A stretch of DNA of 64,000 nucleotides, taken from contig CAXXFL010000001.1 in NCBI GenBank assembly GCA_963674965.2, positions 800,001-864,000 of the forward strand, in the 5' to 3' direction. Under the pieces are notes generated by a model that was not told the origin of the DNA, searched no databases, and saw only the letters and a program-made list of their open reading frames with translations. The DNA comes from a bacterium. Its GTDB lineage: Bacteria > RBG-13-61-14 > DATKZS01. A program made the position numbers and the translations under genes. Every line of letters starts with the position of its first letter. Position 1 is the first letter of the stretch. Of this stretch, positions 32,027 through 40,854 are shown piece by piece.

Positions 32027-33376
32027 ATGAGGGCTAAGATCGGGATGGCGTTGGTTGGGGTTTTAATTATGGCCGTGGTGGTAGGCATTGCTGGGGCGCG
32101 GTCAACTCCGCAACTTATAAATTACCAGGGGCGGCTCACCAATGCGGCGGGCCAGCCGCTTGCGGACGGTACTACTGTGGATTTGACTTTCGCGTTCTAT
32201 GGCGTAGAAACGGGCGGGACGGCGTACCTCACGGTTCTCCAGGAAGACGTGGTGGTGAACGGCGGTATTTACAACGTGCTCATCGGCTCGGGCACGGTAG
32301 CGCCGGGATCCGAGCCCAACCTGGGCGCCGTGTTCCAGAACCACCAGAACGTGTGGATGGGGGTCGAGGTTGACGGCGACGGGGTGATGTCGCCGCGGGC
32401 GAGAATCGCCAGCGTGCCTTTCGCTGAAAAAGCAAACGCCGTGAACACGAGCTGGCTCGATGTATACATGGAATCTTCCGATTACGATGGGGACGGTTAT
32501 CTAAAGCTTATGGTTGGGGGCACGGACTGTGATAACAATAACGCTGCGGTAAATCCAGGCGCTTCCGAAATCTGCGATGACGGTTTCGACAACGATTGCG
32601 ATGGGGACATTGACGGAAATGATTCAGATTGTGCTCCTCCCGGCGTGGCCCTGATCCCCTCGGGCTGCTTCGACATGGGCGACGCGTTCAGCGAGGGCCG
32701 CAGCAATGAGCTTCCGATCCATAATGTATGCATTACCTCGAATTTCTACATGGACATGTATGAGGTGACCAACTCGAAGTATGCGGCCTGCGTTACCGGC
32801 GGCGGTTGCACGGCTCCGGGTAGTTCAGGCAGTTTCCGGCGAGTGTCATATTATGGAAATCCCACTTACGATGATTATCCCGTTATCTATATAGAATGGA
32901 ACCAAGCCACGGCCTACTGCACCTGGGCGGGCAAGAGACTCCCCACTGAGTCTGAATGGGAATATGCAGCCCGTGGCGGACTGGCTGGAAAGAGGTATCC
33001 TCATGGAGACAGCATATCTTGCTCAGATGCTAATTATGCTAGATATAGTTCATTTGAAGACTGCTGGGATTTCGGAGGCCTTGAAAACGATACCCACCAG
33101 GTTGGGAGCTATATTGCCAATGGCTACGGGCTTTATGATATGGCCGGAAATGCTTGGGAAATGGTCCATGATTGGTATTCAAACAGCTATTATCAGTATT
33201 GCGTAGATAACAATATAGTGAATGACCCTCCAGGGCCCGCGCCAGATAGGTATCACGTTGTACGCGGTGGCGGTTGGGACTTTGATACCTCCAACCTGCG
33301 AGTTGCGGGCCGGACCACGTACGGTGTGTCTACTTTTCTGGACGGTGCCGTAGGCTTCCGTTGCGCTGCGGACTGA
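32027..33376 (+). CDS. Exported protein with MopE-like Cys/Asp motif and C-terminal FGE-sulfatase (SUMF1/C-lectin fold) domain
   Basis: RBS AAGGGAG; signal peptide; LINYQGRLT domain; DCDNNNAAVNPGASEICDDGFDNDCDG; YEVTN, RLPTESEWEYAARG, GLYDMAGNAWE, RGGGW, GFRCA. Confidence 0.9.
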   Translation: MRAKIGMALVGVLIMAVVVGIAGARSTPQLINYQGRLTNAAGQPLADGTTVDLTFAFYGVETGGTAYLTVLQEDVVVNGGIYNVLIGSGTVAPGSEPNLGAVFQNHQNVWMGVEVDGDGVMSPRARIASVPFAEKANAVNTSWLDVYMESSDYDGDGYLKLMVGGTDCDNNNAAVNPGASEICDDGFDNDCDGDIDGNDSDCAPPGVALIPSGCFDMGDAFSEGRSNELPIHNVCITSNFYMDMYEVTNSKYAACVTGGGCTAPGSSGSFRRVSYYGNPTYDDYPVIYIEWNQATAYCTWAGKRLPTESEWEYAARGGLAGKRYPHGDSISCSDANYARYSSFEDCWDFGGLENDTHQVGSYIANGYGLYDMAGNAWEMVHDWYSNSYYQYCVDNNIVNDPPGPAPDRYHVVRGGGWDFDTSNLRVAGRTTYGVSTFLDGAVGFRCAAD

Positions 33377-33479
33377 TCCCCCCACGCCTATGAGCTTCGG
33401 AGGACGGGTTACACGTCAGTTTTTTATCTCGTTTTCTATTTTATGGAAACGTCAGCCCCCATCGGAAATTTTTTATTAC

Positions 33480-33890
33480 TAAAGAACTCCCAACCGCATC
33501 GCTCCAGTTGACGCTGGCGTTGCATGTCGGCCTCCTAACGGTCCGCGTCGTGCCAATTGTCGTTTACGCATTCGACCACCAGTCGCGCCTGTCCGCGTTT
33601 TCTTTGTCAGAAAGAAAAAGGGGAGTGCTTCGACGCCGCATCGCGAAGCTTCGTCCATGATAACCACATCGAACATGCCGGGGGCGGGAAATATCGTGTC
33701 CCAAACCCAATGGAGTGGCATGACCCATGCCGGAACCGCCTCGCGGCATTGATTGAGGTGCTCTTGAGCCTCGCGACGACGTCGCGGCGCGTGCTTCCAT
33801 GTCCCCTTGCCAAGTCGCCGCATGGACTGTTGCCAGGCTTCCATGTGAAGACGATGGTCTTCCCTGAGCCGCGAGAAACAAATTGGATTT
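33480..33890 (-). pseudogene. Degraded remnant of an SF1 (DNA2/NAM7-like) helicase plus DUF559/Vsr-like endonuclease gene
   Basis: WVMPL...FDVVIMDEAS helicase motif joined by a deletion to RLVVEC..DNWH..*EADMQRQRQLERCGWEFF (in-frame TAG at 33537-33535). Confidence 0.75.
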
Positions 33891-33968
33891 CCCCAGCGGC
33901 AAGCCGCTCATCTGCCCCACGCGCGGCATTTTGTTCCTTTCCGCTTGGCTAATGCCGTGCAAGGGTTT

Positions 33969-33998
33969 CGCAACTGGAACTAGCTAGTTCCAGTTGCG
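33969..33998. repeat. Perfect 30-bp palindrome at the IS left junction
   Basis: CGCAACTGGAACTAG|CTAGTTCCAGTTGCG. Confidence 0.95.
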
Positions 33999-35753
33999 TA
34001 ACTAGAAAAAGCCAATAAAAACAATGTGCTGTAAGCATTTTTCGCTTCCCTTTTTGGTCTTGTTATGATACAATAACTCCTTGAAAAATCAAGGATTGAC
34101 TTGCCGGGATGCTGTGAAGGGGGCGAAAAATGCGACCGAAAATTAAAATGCAAATGACCATTGAAGACCACGAATTTTTGAAAGCGGGCCATCTTTTCAA
34201 ACAAGACACTGAGCTTGAGAAGATGAGCATAGCGCTCGACGAGGCCAAGGAAATTCTGGAAGCTGTTGCCGATGATCTCCAAAGCGGACTCAAGGAGACC
34301 GGCGCCGAGGGGATGAGCGTCGAGCAGGTCCTTAGGAGCGCGGTCATCTATCAACTCAAGTGTTATTCCTACCGGGAACTCGGCGACCGCCTCGGTTCCG
34401 ATTACAATTTCCGCAAGTTCACCAGGTTCTTCGGGCGGGACATTCCCCATTTCAGCAGCCTGGAGCGGGCGATAAAACGCATCCGCCCCGAGACCTGGGA
34501 GCGGATCAACGAAATGCTCGTGGCCCTGGCCATTAAAAAAAAAGTAGAAGACGGCGAGGCGGTCCGCGCTGACACCGCGGTGGCCGAGGCCAACATCCAC
34601 TATCCGACCGACGCTTCGCTTCTTTTTGACAGCATCCGTGTATTGGACCGGTTGATGAAAGGAGCGCGGAAGGAGCTGCCGGGTCTCGGGTTCGAATATC
34701 ATGACCGGACTCGGCGGGCCAAGAAGCGCGCTTACCAGATCGCCATGGGCAAAGGCAAAGGGATCGAGAAGAAACGGGCGGTCTGGTACCGGGACCTTCT
34801 CAAGGTTTCGGCGGAAATCTTGGCCATGGCCCGCTCGGCGCGGGAGGCGCTGGACGAGGCCCTTAAAGGCGGAGAGCTTTATTTCAGCGATGCGGGCCTG
34901 GCAACCATGATCAAGAGCGAACTCGATCATTACCTGCCGCTTTCTGAGCAGTGCGTCGAGCAGTGCGAGCGGCGGGTTATAAAAGGCGAGAAGGTTCCCG
35001 CGCAAGAGAAGGTGGTTTCCGTTTTCGAGCCGCACGTTGATATCATCCGGAGAGGCAAGACCATGAGCCCGACCGAGTTCGGTCACAAGGTGATGGCGGC
35101 GACGGGAAGGTCGGGGATTGTGCTTCAATATAAAGTGTGCGAGGGCAACCCTTCCGACGCCGACCTTTTCGAGGACATTTTGCAAAAACACGTCCGCCTG
35201 TTCGGCAAGGCTCCACGCGAGTTTACCGGCGACCGCCGCTTCTATCATGAGGACAATGAGAAGCTTGCGACCGAAGGTCCTTATTATATCGAGCGCCTGG
35301 CCATTCCCAAGCCCGGCAAAAGGAGTTCGGAGCGGATCGAGCACGAGCGTCAGCGCTGGTTCAAGAAGCTTCTTCGCTTCCGGGCCGGGATCGAGGGCGG
35401 CCTTTCCGCCCTTCTTCGCGGCTTCGGTCTGAGCCGATGCCTGTGGAGAGGTTTCGAGAGCTTCAAGTCCTGGGTGGGTCTTTCGTTCTTTGCCTGGAAC
35501 CTTCGAAAACTCGCGCTGCTGACTTAGCCGCCGCCGGGCGCGCCCCTGTGGGGGCAATGAAAAACGGAAATGAAAAACAGCAAAAGGAGAGGTGTTTTTT
35601 GAAAGGATAGAAAAGGGCCGGCTCAGGCATTCAACTCGCCTGAAAGCGTTAAAATCTTTTCCGTCCTTTATGGACGCCCTGAAAATCTGCATGTCCATAT
35701 CCTCTCCGCACCGCATAATGAAAGCCATTAAGCAGTTGTGCAACAGAAACTAG
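33984..35753. mobile_element. ISNCY/IS5-like insertion sequence (~1770 bp) flanked by CTAG
   Basis: Imperfect IRs CTAGTTCCAGTTGCGTAACT and CTAGTTTCTGTTGCACAACT (16/20); CTAG directly outside both ends (33980-33983, 35754-35757). Confidence 0.88.
34130..35527 (+). CDS. ISNCY/IS5-like DDE transposase
   Basis: RADTAVAEANIHYPTD, KVVSVFEPH, EFGHKV, GDRRF, FRAGIEG...AWNL. Confidence 0.93.
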   Translation: MRPKIKMQMTIEDHEFLKAGHLFKQDTELEKMSIALDEAKEILEAVADDLQSGLKETGAEGMSVEQVLRSAVIYQLKCYSYRELGDRLGSDYNFRKFTRFFGRDIPHFSSLERAIKRIRPETWERINEMLVALAIKKKVEDGEAVRADTAVAEANIHYPTDASLLFDSIRVLDRLMKGARKELPGLGFEYHDRTRRAKKRAYQIAMGKGKGIEKKRAVWYRDLLKVSAEILAMARSAREALDEALKGGELYFSDAGLATMIKSELDHYLPLSEQCVEQCERRVIKGEKVPAQEKVVSVFEPHVDIIRRGKTMSPTEFGHKVMAATGRSGIVLQYKVCEGNPSDADLFEDILQKHVRLFGKAPREFTGDRRFYHEDNEKLATEGPYYIERLAIPKPGKRSSERIEHERQRWFKKLLRFRAGIEGGLSALLRGFGLSRCLWRGFESFKSWVGLSFFAWNLRKLALLT

Positions 35754-36920
35754 CTAGAACTCGAGGGTTATGCCTACCACCTCGGGGGGACATAGGAAGC
35801 GCATGCGGGGCGCGCCTCCGCCCTCCATGCCCACGCCCCTGGTGACCACCATGTCCATACCGTCCACCCGGAATGAGCCGTGGGCCCATCTTCGTCCGGA
35901 GCGGGTGGCGGTGTACAAGGCCCCCACCAGGGGGAAACGTATCTGACCGCCGTGAGTGTGGCCGGCCAGGTACAGCCTGACGCCGGCTCTCGCCGCCTCG
36001 CGGGCCAGGTCGGGCGTGTGATGGAGCAGTACCAGGCAAGAGCCGTCGGCGGTGGAGGAGATGGCCTCGAGCGCGGCCTTGTGCCCGTCAGGGCCGGGCT
36101 CGAAGGGCACTCCAGCCAGGCGTAGCTCCTTGCCCTTGACCTTGATCGACTCGATTTCGTTCTCGAGCAGCCGGGCCCGCGTGCCCCTGACCAGACTCCG
36201 GACCCATTCAAGATAATCGACCTCCTCGGTGCCCCTCGAGACGAAAAGGGGGGCGATGGCGGCCAGGCTGGAGATGAAGTCCCGAGTCTGCGCCAGGGTC
36301 TTCTCGTCGTCGACGAAGGACAGGTTGGTAAAGTCCCCGGGCCAGAGGATGAGATCGGGACAAAACTCGCGGGCCAACTGGAGGACCCTCTTTTCCCTTT
36401 CGCCGGCCCTGTCCAGGTGGAGGTCGGCGAGAAGGAATATCTTGACACGCTTTCCCTCGCTCTCCTCTTTATCTTTCAGCTTGATGGTCTCCTCCCTCAG
36501 CTCGACCCGGTAGGGCTCGATAAGGGACGCGTAACTCATGCACCAGAGGAGGCCGAACTGAATTAGCACGTGGACCGCGAGTATAATGGTTATGGGCGCG
36601 GTGATCAAGGGTGGTATGAGGGCCGCGCTCGCGTGGCCGAGGCTGAAGAGGAAAAAGGGGCCGCCAAAGGGGCTGGGGGACTTTTCCGACCACCGACTCG
36701 AGGCGATGATCAGGGCCTCGAGCCCGAGGGGAAAGGCAGTAATCATGTAGGCGGCGAAATGGTGGGAAGGCCAGAGCATGGTGGCCCCCGCCACCTCGAG
36801 GGAAGCCAGTACGATCCAAAGCGCGGCCGGCAAGGAGTCCATGCGGTCCAGGGCCACGATGAAATTATGGAAAATCCCGCGGGGCCGAAAATGAATTCGG
36901 TGGGAAGGAAAATTCTTCAT
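35754..36920 (-). CDS. Membrane-anchored metallophosphoesterase (YkuE-like)
   Basis: N-terminal TM helices; ADLH, GDF, HHTPD, AGHTHGGQ, RFLCPPE. Confidence 0.9.
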   Translation of the reverse strand: MKNFPSHRIHFRPRGIFHNFIVALDRMDSLPAALWIVLASLEVAGATMLWPSHHFAAYMITAFPLGLEALIIASSRWSEKSPSPFGGPFFLFSLGHASAALIPPLITAPITIILAVHVLIQFGLLWCMSYASLIEPYRVELREETIKLKDKEESEGKRVKIFLLADLHLDRAGEREKRVLQLAREFCPDLILWPGDFTNLSFVDDEKTLAQTRDFISSLAAIAPLFVSRGTEEVDYLEWVRSLVRGTRARLLENEIESIKVKGKELRLAGVPFEPGPDGHKAALEAISSTADGSCLVLLHHTPDLAREAARAGVRLYLAGHTHGGQIRFPLVGALYTATRSGRRWAHGSFRVDGMDMVVTRGVGMEGGGAPRMRFLCPPEVVGITLEF

Positions 36921-37047
36921 GCTCTCCTCATAATAAGCGCTACTCGTAAAACCGCGTTGGTCTATATGATAACTGATGAATCCGGTGAAACCATCGCCGG
37001 CGTGGCGAGTATCTCGTGATTGTATCCTTGTCCTTTTCCCTTTGTCC

Positions 37048-37075
37048 TTGACAGTCCAGTCCCTTGCGATATCCT
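37048..37075 (+). promoter_or_regulatory. Possible sigma70 promoter for purQ
   Basis: TTGACA-16 bp-TATCCT. Confidence 0.4.
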
Positions 37076-37109
37076 TTAGCGTAACCTAATGAAAAAGGAG
37101 TCCGTTAAA

Positions 37110-37916
37110 ATGGCTAAACCCAGGGCGCTGGTGTTGACGGGTTACGGTATCAACTGCGATTGGGAAACGAAAACGGCCTTCGAGATGGCGGGGGCCAGGG
37201 CCCGGCGCGTTCATATCAACGACCTCATCTCGGGGGAGGCCAAGCTGTCCGATTACCAGATTCTTGCCTTCCCCGGCGGGTTCAGCTTCGGCGACGACGT
37301 GGCCTCCGGCAAGGTCCTGGCCGTCAAGGCCAAGGTCGGCCTGGGCGACGAGATCATGCGCTTCATCGACGACGGCAAGCTCATCATCGGAGTGTGCAAC
37401 GGGTTCCAGGTCATGGTCAAGTACGGACTCCTGGCCGATCCCGGAGCCGAGTTCGGCGTGCCCCGCCTGACCCTGACCCATAACGACTCCAACCGCTACG
37501 AGGACAGGTGGGTCCACCTGAAAAGAGCATCGGACAAATGCGCGTGGACTCGGGACCTCGAGGATATCTATCTGCCCGTGGCCCACGGAGAGGGAAAATT
37601 CTATACCCTTCCCGACCGCCTCGAGGCCATCGAACAAGGCGGCCAGGTCGCCTTCAGGTACGCCGATGAACAATACGAGCCGGCCGGCGGAAGGTTCCCC
37701 TTTAACCCGAACGGGTCCCTAAACGACATAGCCGGAGTGTGCGACGAGAGCGGACGGGTCATGGGCATGATGCCGCACCCGGAAAGGTCCCTCCACGCGT
37801 CCAACCATCCACGCTGGACCGCGAGACGCGAGCTGGCCGTCAGAAAAGGCGAAAATTTCGAGAAGGAAGGAGACGGCCTTAAAATTTTCAAAAACGGCGT
37901 CTCCTATTTTCAGTAA
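37110..37916 (+). CDS. purQ: Phosphoribosylformylglycinamidine synthase glutaminase subunit
   Basis: GINCD, PGGFSFGD, GVCNGFQ, PVAHGEG, NPNGS, MPHPER; RBS AAGGAG. Confidence 0.93.
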   Translation: MAKPRALVLTGYGINCDWETKTAFEMAGARARRVHINDLISGEAKLSDYQILAFPGGFSFGDDVASGKVLAVKAKVGLGDEIMRFIDDGKLIIGVCNGFQVMVKYGLLADPGAEFGVPRLTLTHNDSNRYEDRWVHLKRASDKCAWTRDLEDIYLPVAHGEGKFYTLPDRLEAIEQGGQVAFRYADEQYEPAGGRFPFNPNGSLNDIAGVCDESGRVMGMMPHPERSLHASNHPRWTARRELAVRKGENFEKEGDGLKIFKNGVSYFQ

Positions 37917-37945
37917 CCGCCCAAGAGCATTCAAGGGAGGCAGGC

Positions 37946-38806
37946 ATGATATTCAATTCCCCGCGGAAAAACCAAAACCAAAAACGGACTCGGAGCTTTC
38001 TCATTTTACTGCTCCCTTTGATGATGGTCGCCATCGCGGCCCGGGCCGAGGATATGCCCGCGGCCGACAAAGCCGATCGCCTGGCAAGCTACGACGCCCG
38101 GGAGGTCATATCCGGGATGGAAGACCTCATGAGAAGCAAGACCAATCATTCGAGGATGGTTATGACCGTTATCAATCCGGCCTGGAAAAGTCCCCGCGCC
38201 TACGAGATGCTCAGTTGGGACGACCGGGAGGGAGACAAAAGCTTCATCCGCATCATCGCCCCTCCCCGCGACAAGGGGAACGCCTTCCTCAAGATCGGCA
38301 ACGTCTTCAAGATGTACATTCCCACGGAGCGCGAGAACAAGCCCATAACCATCCCACCGTCCCTTATGCTCCAGCCCTGGATGGGCTCGGACTTTACCAA
38401 CGATGACCTGGTCCGGGAGTCGAGCATCCTCGACGATTACGAGCAGACCCTCGAGGGAATCGAGAAGGACGAGAACGGCAAGGACCTTCTCCGCGTCAGG
38501 CTTGATCCCAAGCCGGAGGCGGCCGTGGTCTGGGGCAAGATAGTGGTCCTGGTCCGGCCCGACGACTATATTCCGGTGCGCCAGAAGTACTACGATGAGG
38601 ACGGAGCCGAGGTGCGGGAGATGCGCATGTCCGAGATCAAGGAAATGGGCGGCCATAAAATACCCACCAGGTGGGAAATGGTCAGCCTCGAGGAGGACAA
38701 AAAGGGAAGAAGCACGGTGCTCGAGATCAAGACCATGGAGTTCGACGTCGAGATCGATCCTGCAACCTTTACCGAGAAGAACCTGACCAGGCGCGACTGG
38801 GAATAA
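37946..38806 (+). CDS. Outer-membrane lipoprotein-sorting (LolA-like) protein
   Basis: Signal peptide; PPRDKGNAFLK, WMGSDFTNDDL, FTEKNL. Confidence 0.88.
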   Translation: MIFNSPRKNQNQKRTRSFLILLLPLMMVAIAARAEDMPAADKADRLASYDAREVISGMEDLMRSKTNHSRMVMTVINPAWKSPRAYEMLSWDDREGDKSFIRIIAPPRDKGNAFLKIGNVFKMYIPTERENKPITIPPSLMLQPWMGSDFTNDDLVRESSILDDYEQTLEGIEKDENGKDLLRVRLDPKPEAAVVWGKIVVLVRPDDYIPVRQKYYDEDGAEVREMRMSEIKEMGGHKIPTRWEMVSLEEDKKGRSTVLEIKTMEFDVEIDPATFTEKNLTRRDWE

Positions 38807-39178
38807 CCTGAGGCGCGCTGAATCGGTTACGGCGCCCTCGCCTGGACTTCGATAGTTATATTTCCCTTTGCCCGCGGTGGATGACCGTCACGGCCCATGG
38901 CTGGTCCGCCATGTTTACTTCCAGGTCCGTTAATGAAAATATTATAGAAGGACTAAAAGTGGGCCGGCGACATGGGGCTTACCGGACGGCTTCAGGCGGC
39001 CTGACCGAAAAACATTTTAGTCTCCAGTCCCAAAATCAATTTAATCGAAATATTCATCGCGAAAAATTCCAGGCAATGGGCGGACAATTTATAATCGGTT
39101 AAAAGCCGCGAAAACCGGACTGGATATGGGATTGCTTTCTAAATATTCAATATTTAACATAATATTTTGTATAACTCC

Positions 39179-39207
39179 TTGACGGGCGCGCGGGGTTATG
39201 ATATTAT
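39179..39207 (+). promoter_or_regulatory. Sigma70 promoter with extended -10
   Basis: TTGACG-17 bp-TATTAT with TG; AT-rich UP-like region upstream. Confidence 0.65.
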
Positions 39208-39311
39208 CAATACGTGGTTAAAGCCATTTAATTACCTTGTTTCAAGCTGGGGGTTTAAGCGAATAAAGCCTCAATGCTGACGGGGCGAAGGACGAAAAGG
39301 AGATTTGGAGG

Positions 39312-39617
39312 ATGAAAAAGATTTTATTCGCGGTCGTGGTCGGCGTTTCGTTTTCTGCCTTAATGCTCTCTTGCGGAGGCTCGAGCTCCGACGTGTCTCA
39401 TCCGCCGACGGATGATACCATGCTTCCCAACAATCTGTACTGCGGGGATTATTTTGCCCTGGGGGAATGCATAGCCAGGTACTGCGCCAACGAGGATGAC
39501 GAGTGCATCGGCCTTGATATTTTCGACGGCCCCTTCCTGGCGGCCGTGGAAAAGGGATGCGCGGACGAGGACGATATCGCCGTCTGGGAAGAGTACTGCA
39601 ACGTGCCGGAAGAATAA
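39312..39617 (+). CDS. Small acidic Cys-rich lipoprotein
   Basis: RBS GGAGG; MKK-hydrophobic-LMLSC lipobox; 6 further Cys. Confidence 0.8.
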   Translation: MKKILFAVVVGVSFSALMLSCGGSSSDVSHPPTDDTMLPNNLYCGDYFALGECIARYCANEDDECIGLDIFDGPFLAAVEKGCADEDDIAVWEEYCNVPEE

Positions 39618-39649
39618 ATCGGATAACCTTTTAATCTATCGATTCGCGA

Positions 39650-39693
39650 CCGCGGGCGGCCGATAACCTTGGCCGCTCGCGGCGCCGTCTTTT
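39650..39693 (+). terminator. Putative intrinsic terminator between convergent genes
   Basis: CCGCGGGCGGCCGA/TTGGCCGCTCGCGG hairpin followed by a short T-run. Confidence 0.55.
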
Positions 39694-39713
39694 ACCGCCC
39701 CGCCGGTCCCCGA

Positions 39714-40706
39714 TCAAATACCCAATAAGCCGGCGGCGTTATCGTGGAAAAATCCTCTTCTGAAATCCGGGTCCGAGGAAGTCGCCTCCATGCCCGCCTT
39801 GAGCGCGAACTTGGGAAGGGTAAAGGGAAAGTCGGTGGCGAACAGAAGCCTTCCCGTCCCCATCTTGTCCGCGGCTTCCCTGATGTGAAGAGGCCCGTGG
39901 AAACTGCAATCCGCGTGGACGTTATCCCTGCTTGAAGCCAGGTCGTATACGGCCTCAGGGCGGTTCATGTTGAGGTGCGCCAAAATAAACGGCGTCCCGG
40001 GAAAGGCGTCCAGCAGCCGGGCGAAGCGGGAGGCGTCGCCGTAGGAGTCGCGCTCGCTCTTGGGACCAAGGTATCCGGACGTCCCGGCGTGAAGCAGCAC
40101 GGGCTTTCCAAAGCGGGCCCATATTTCCAGCGTTTCCAGATAGGCCGGGTCCTCGGGCGCCAGGTTCTGAAGGATGGGATGGAGCTTGAGGCCAAGGCAT
40201 CCTCTTTCATGATACCTTATGAGCTTTCTCTCCTTGTCCGGGTCGAGGGGATGGACCGAGGCGAAAGTCTTGATGGTAAGCGGAGGCTCGGAGTTGTCCA
40301 CCATCTCCGAGGCCGCCATGGCCATGCCCTCCTCCCTTTTGATCTTGTCCAGGGAAAAGGAACTCGAGAGCATCATGCGCCAGCTCGATTTGTACTCGGC
40401 GATCAGGTTTAAATTGTCATCCGTCTCGCGGATGGGCTCGATGGGCTGTAGAACGCTTATCGACACGCCGAAGGGAGCCGAGCATTTGAGGAGTTGAGGA
40501 AGGTTGGCCATGCCCGCCCGGCCCGACTCCCGCTTTTGCCTCGCCTCCAGGGCGAGTTCCTCGTCCCGCTCCCGGGAGGCCGAGGCCCAAAAGCCCTCGC
40601 GCTCGATGACCGAGCCCGGGTCCCAGGGAACGCGGTCGCAAAAGGAAGGGTATTCGTCGCCAAGAAAAAGGTCCCCCACGTGGACGTGAACGTCGATGAT
40701 CTTCAT
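39714..40706 (-). CDS. Amidohydrolase_2 family protein
   Basis: IIDVHVH, GLKLHP, LLHAG, ILAHL, LFATDFP. Confidence 0.9.
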   Translation of the reverse strand: MKIIDVHVHVGDLFLGDEYPSFCDRVPWDPGSVIEREGFWASASRERDEELALEARQKRESGRAGMANLPQLLKCSAPFGVSISVLQPIEPIRETDDNLNLIAEYKSSWRMMLSSSFSLDKIKREEGMAMAASEMVDNSEPPLTIKTFASVHPLDPDKERKLIRYHERGCLGLKLHPILQNLAPEDPAYLETLEIWARFGKPVLLHAGTSGYLGPKSERDSYGDASRFARLLDAFPGTPFILAHLNMNRPEAVYDLASSRDNVHADCSFHGPLHIREAADKMGTGRLLFATDFPFTLPKFALKAGMEATSSDPDFRRGFFHDNAAGLLGI

Positions 40707-40854
40707 GACCCAACCCGCCCATTCAGGCGCGAGTTCCGTATCGCTTTTCTATGCCCGTCCGCGGCGATGGCGTCTTCCTCCATCTTTTTATGGTAAAGCG
40801 AAGAGGGGCCGCGTTCAATGGCGGGAAATATCGGCCCGCGCCGGGGCGGTCGCC

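Noticed and set aside
33377-33410. REP-like or DGR hairpin after the FGE gene
   Set aside because: Single weak imperfect copy; cannot be supported without a genome-wide search
32027-34000. Complete DGR cassette
   Set aside because: No template repeat, accessory gene or reverse transcriptase found in the window; only the target-like gene is reported
33980-35743. 587-aa antisense ORF spanning almost the whole IS
   Set aside because: It is codon-aligned with the transposase on the opposite strand, the typical shadow frame in GC-rich genes, and has no recognisable motifs or RBS
38881-39102. 73-aa ORF in the long intergenic region
   Set aside because: No clear RBS, atypical codon usage and no recognisable motif
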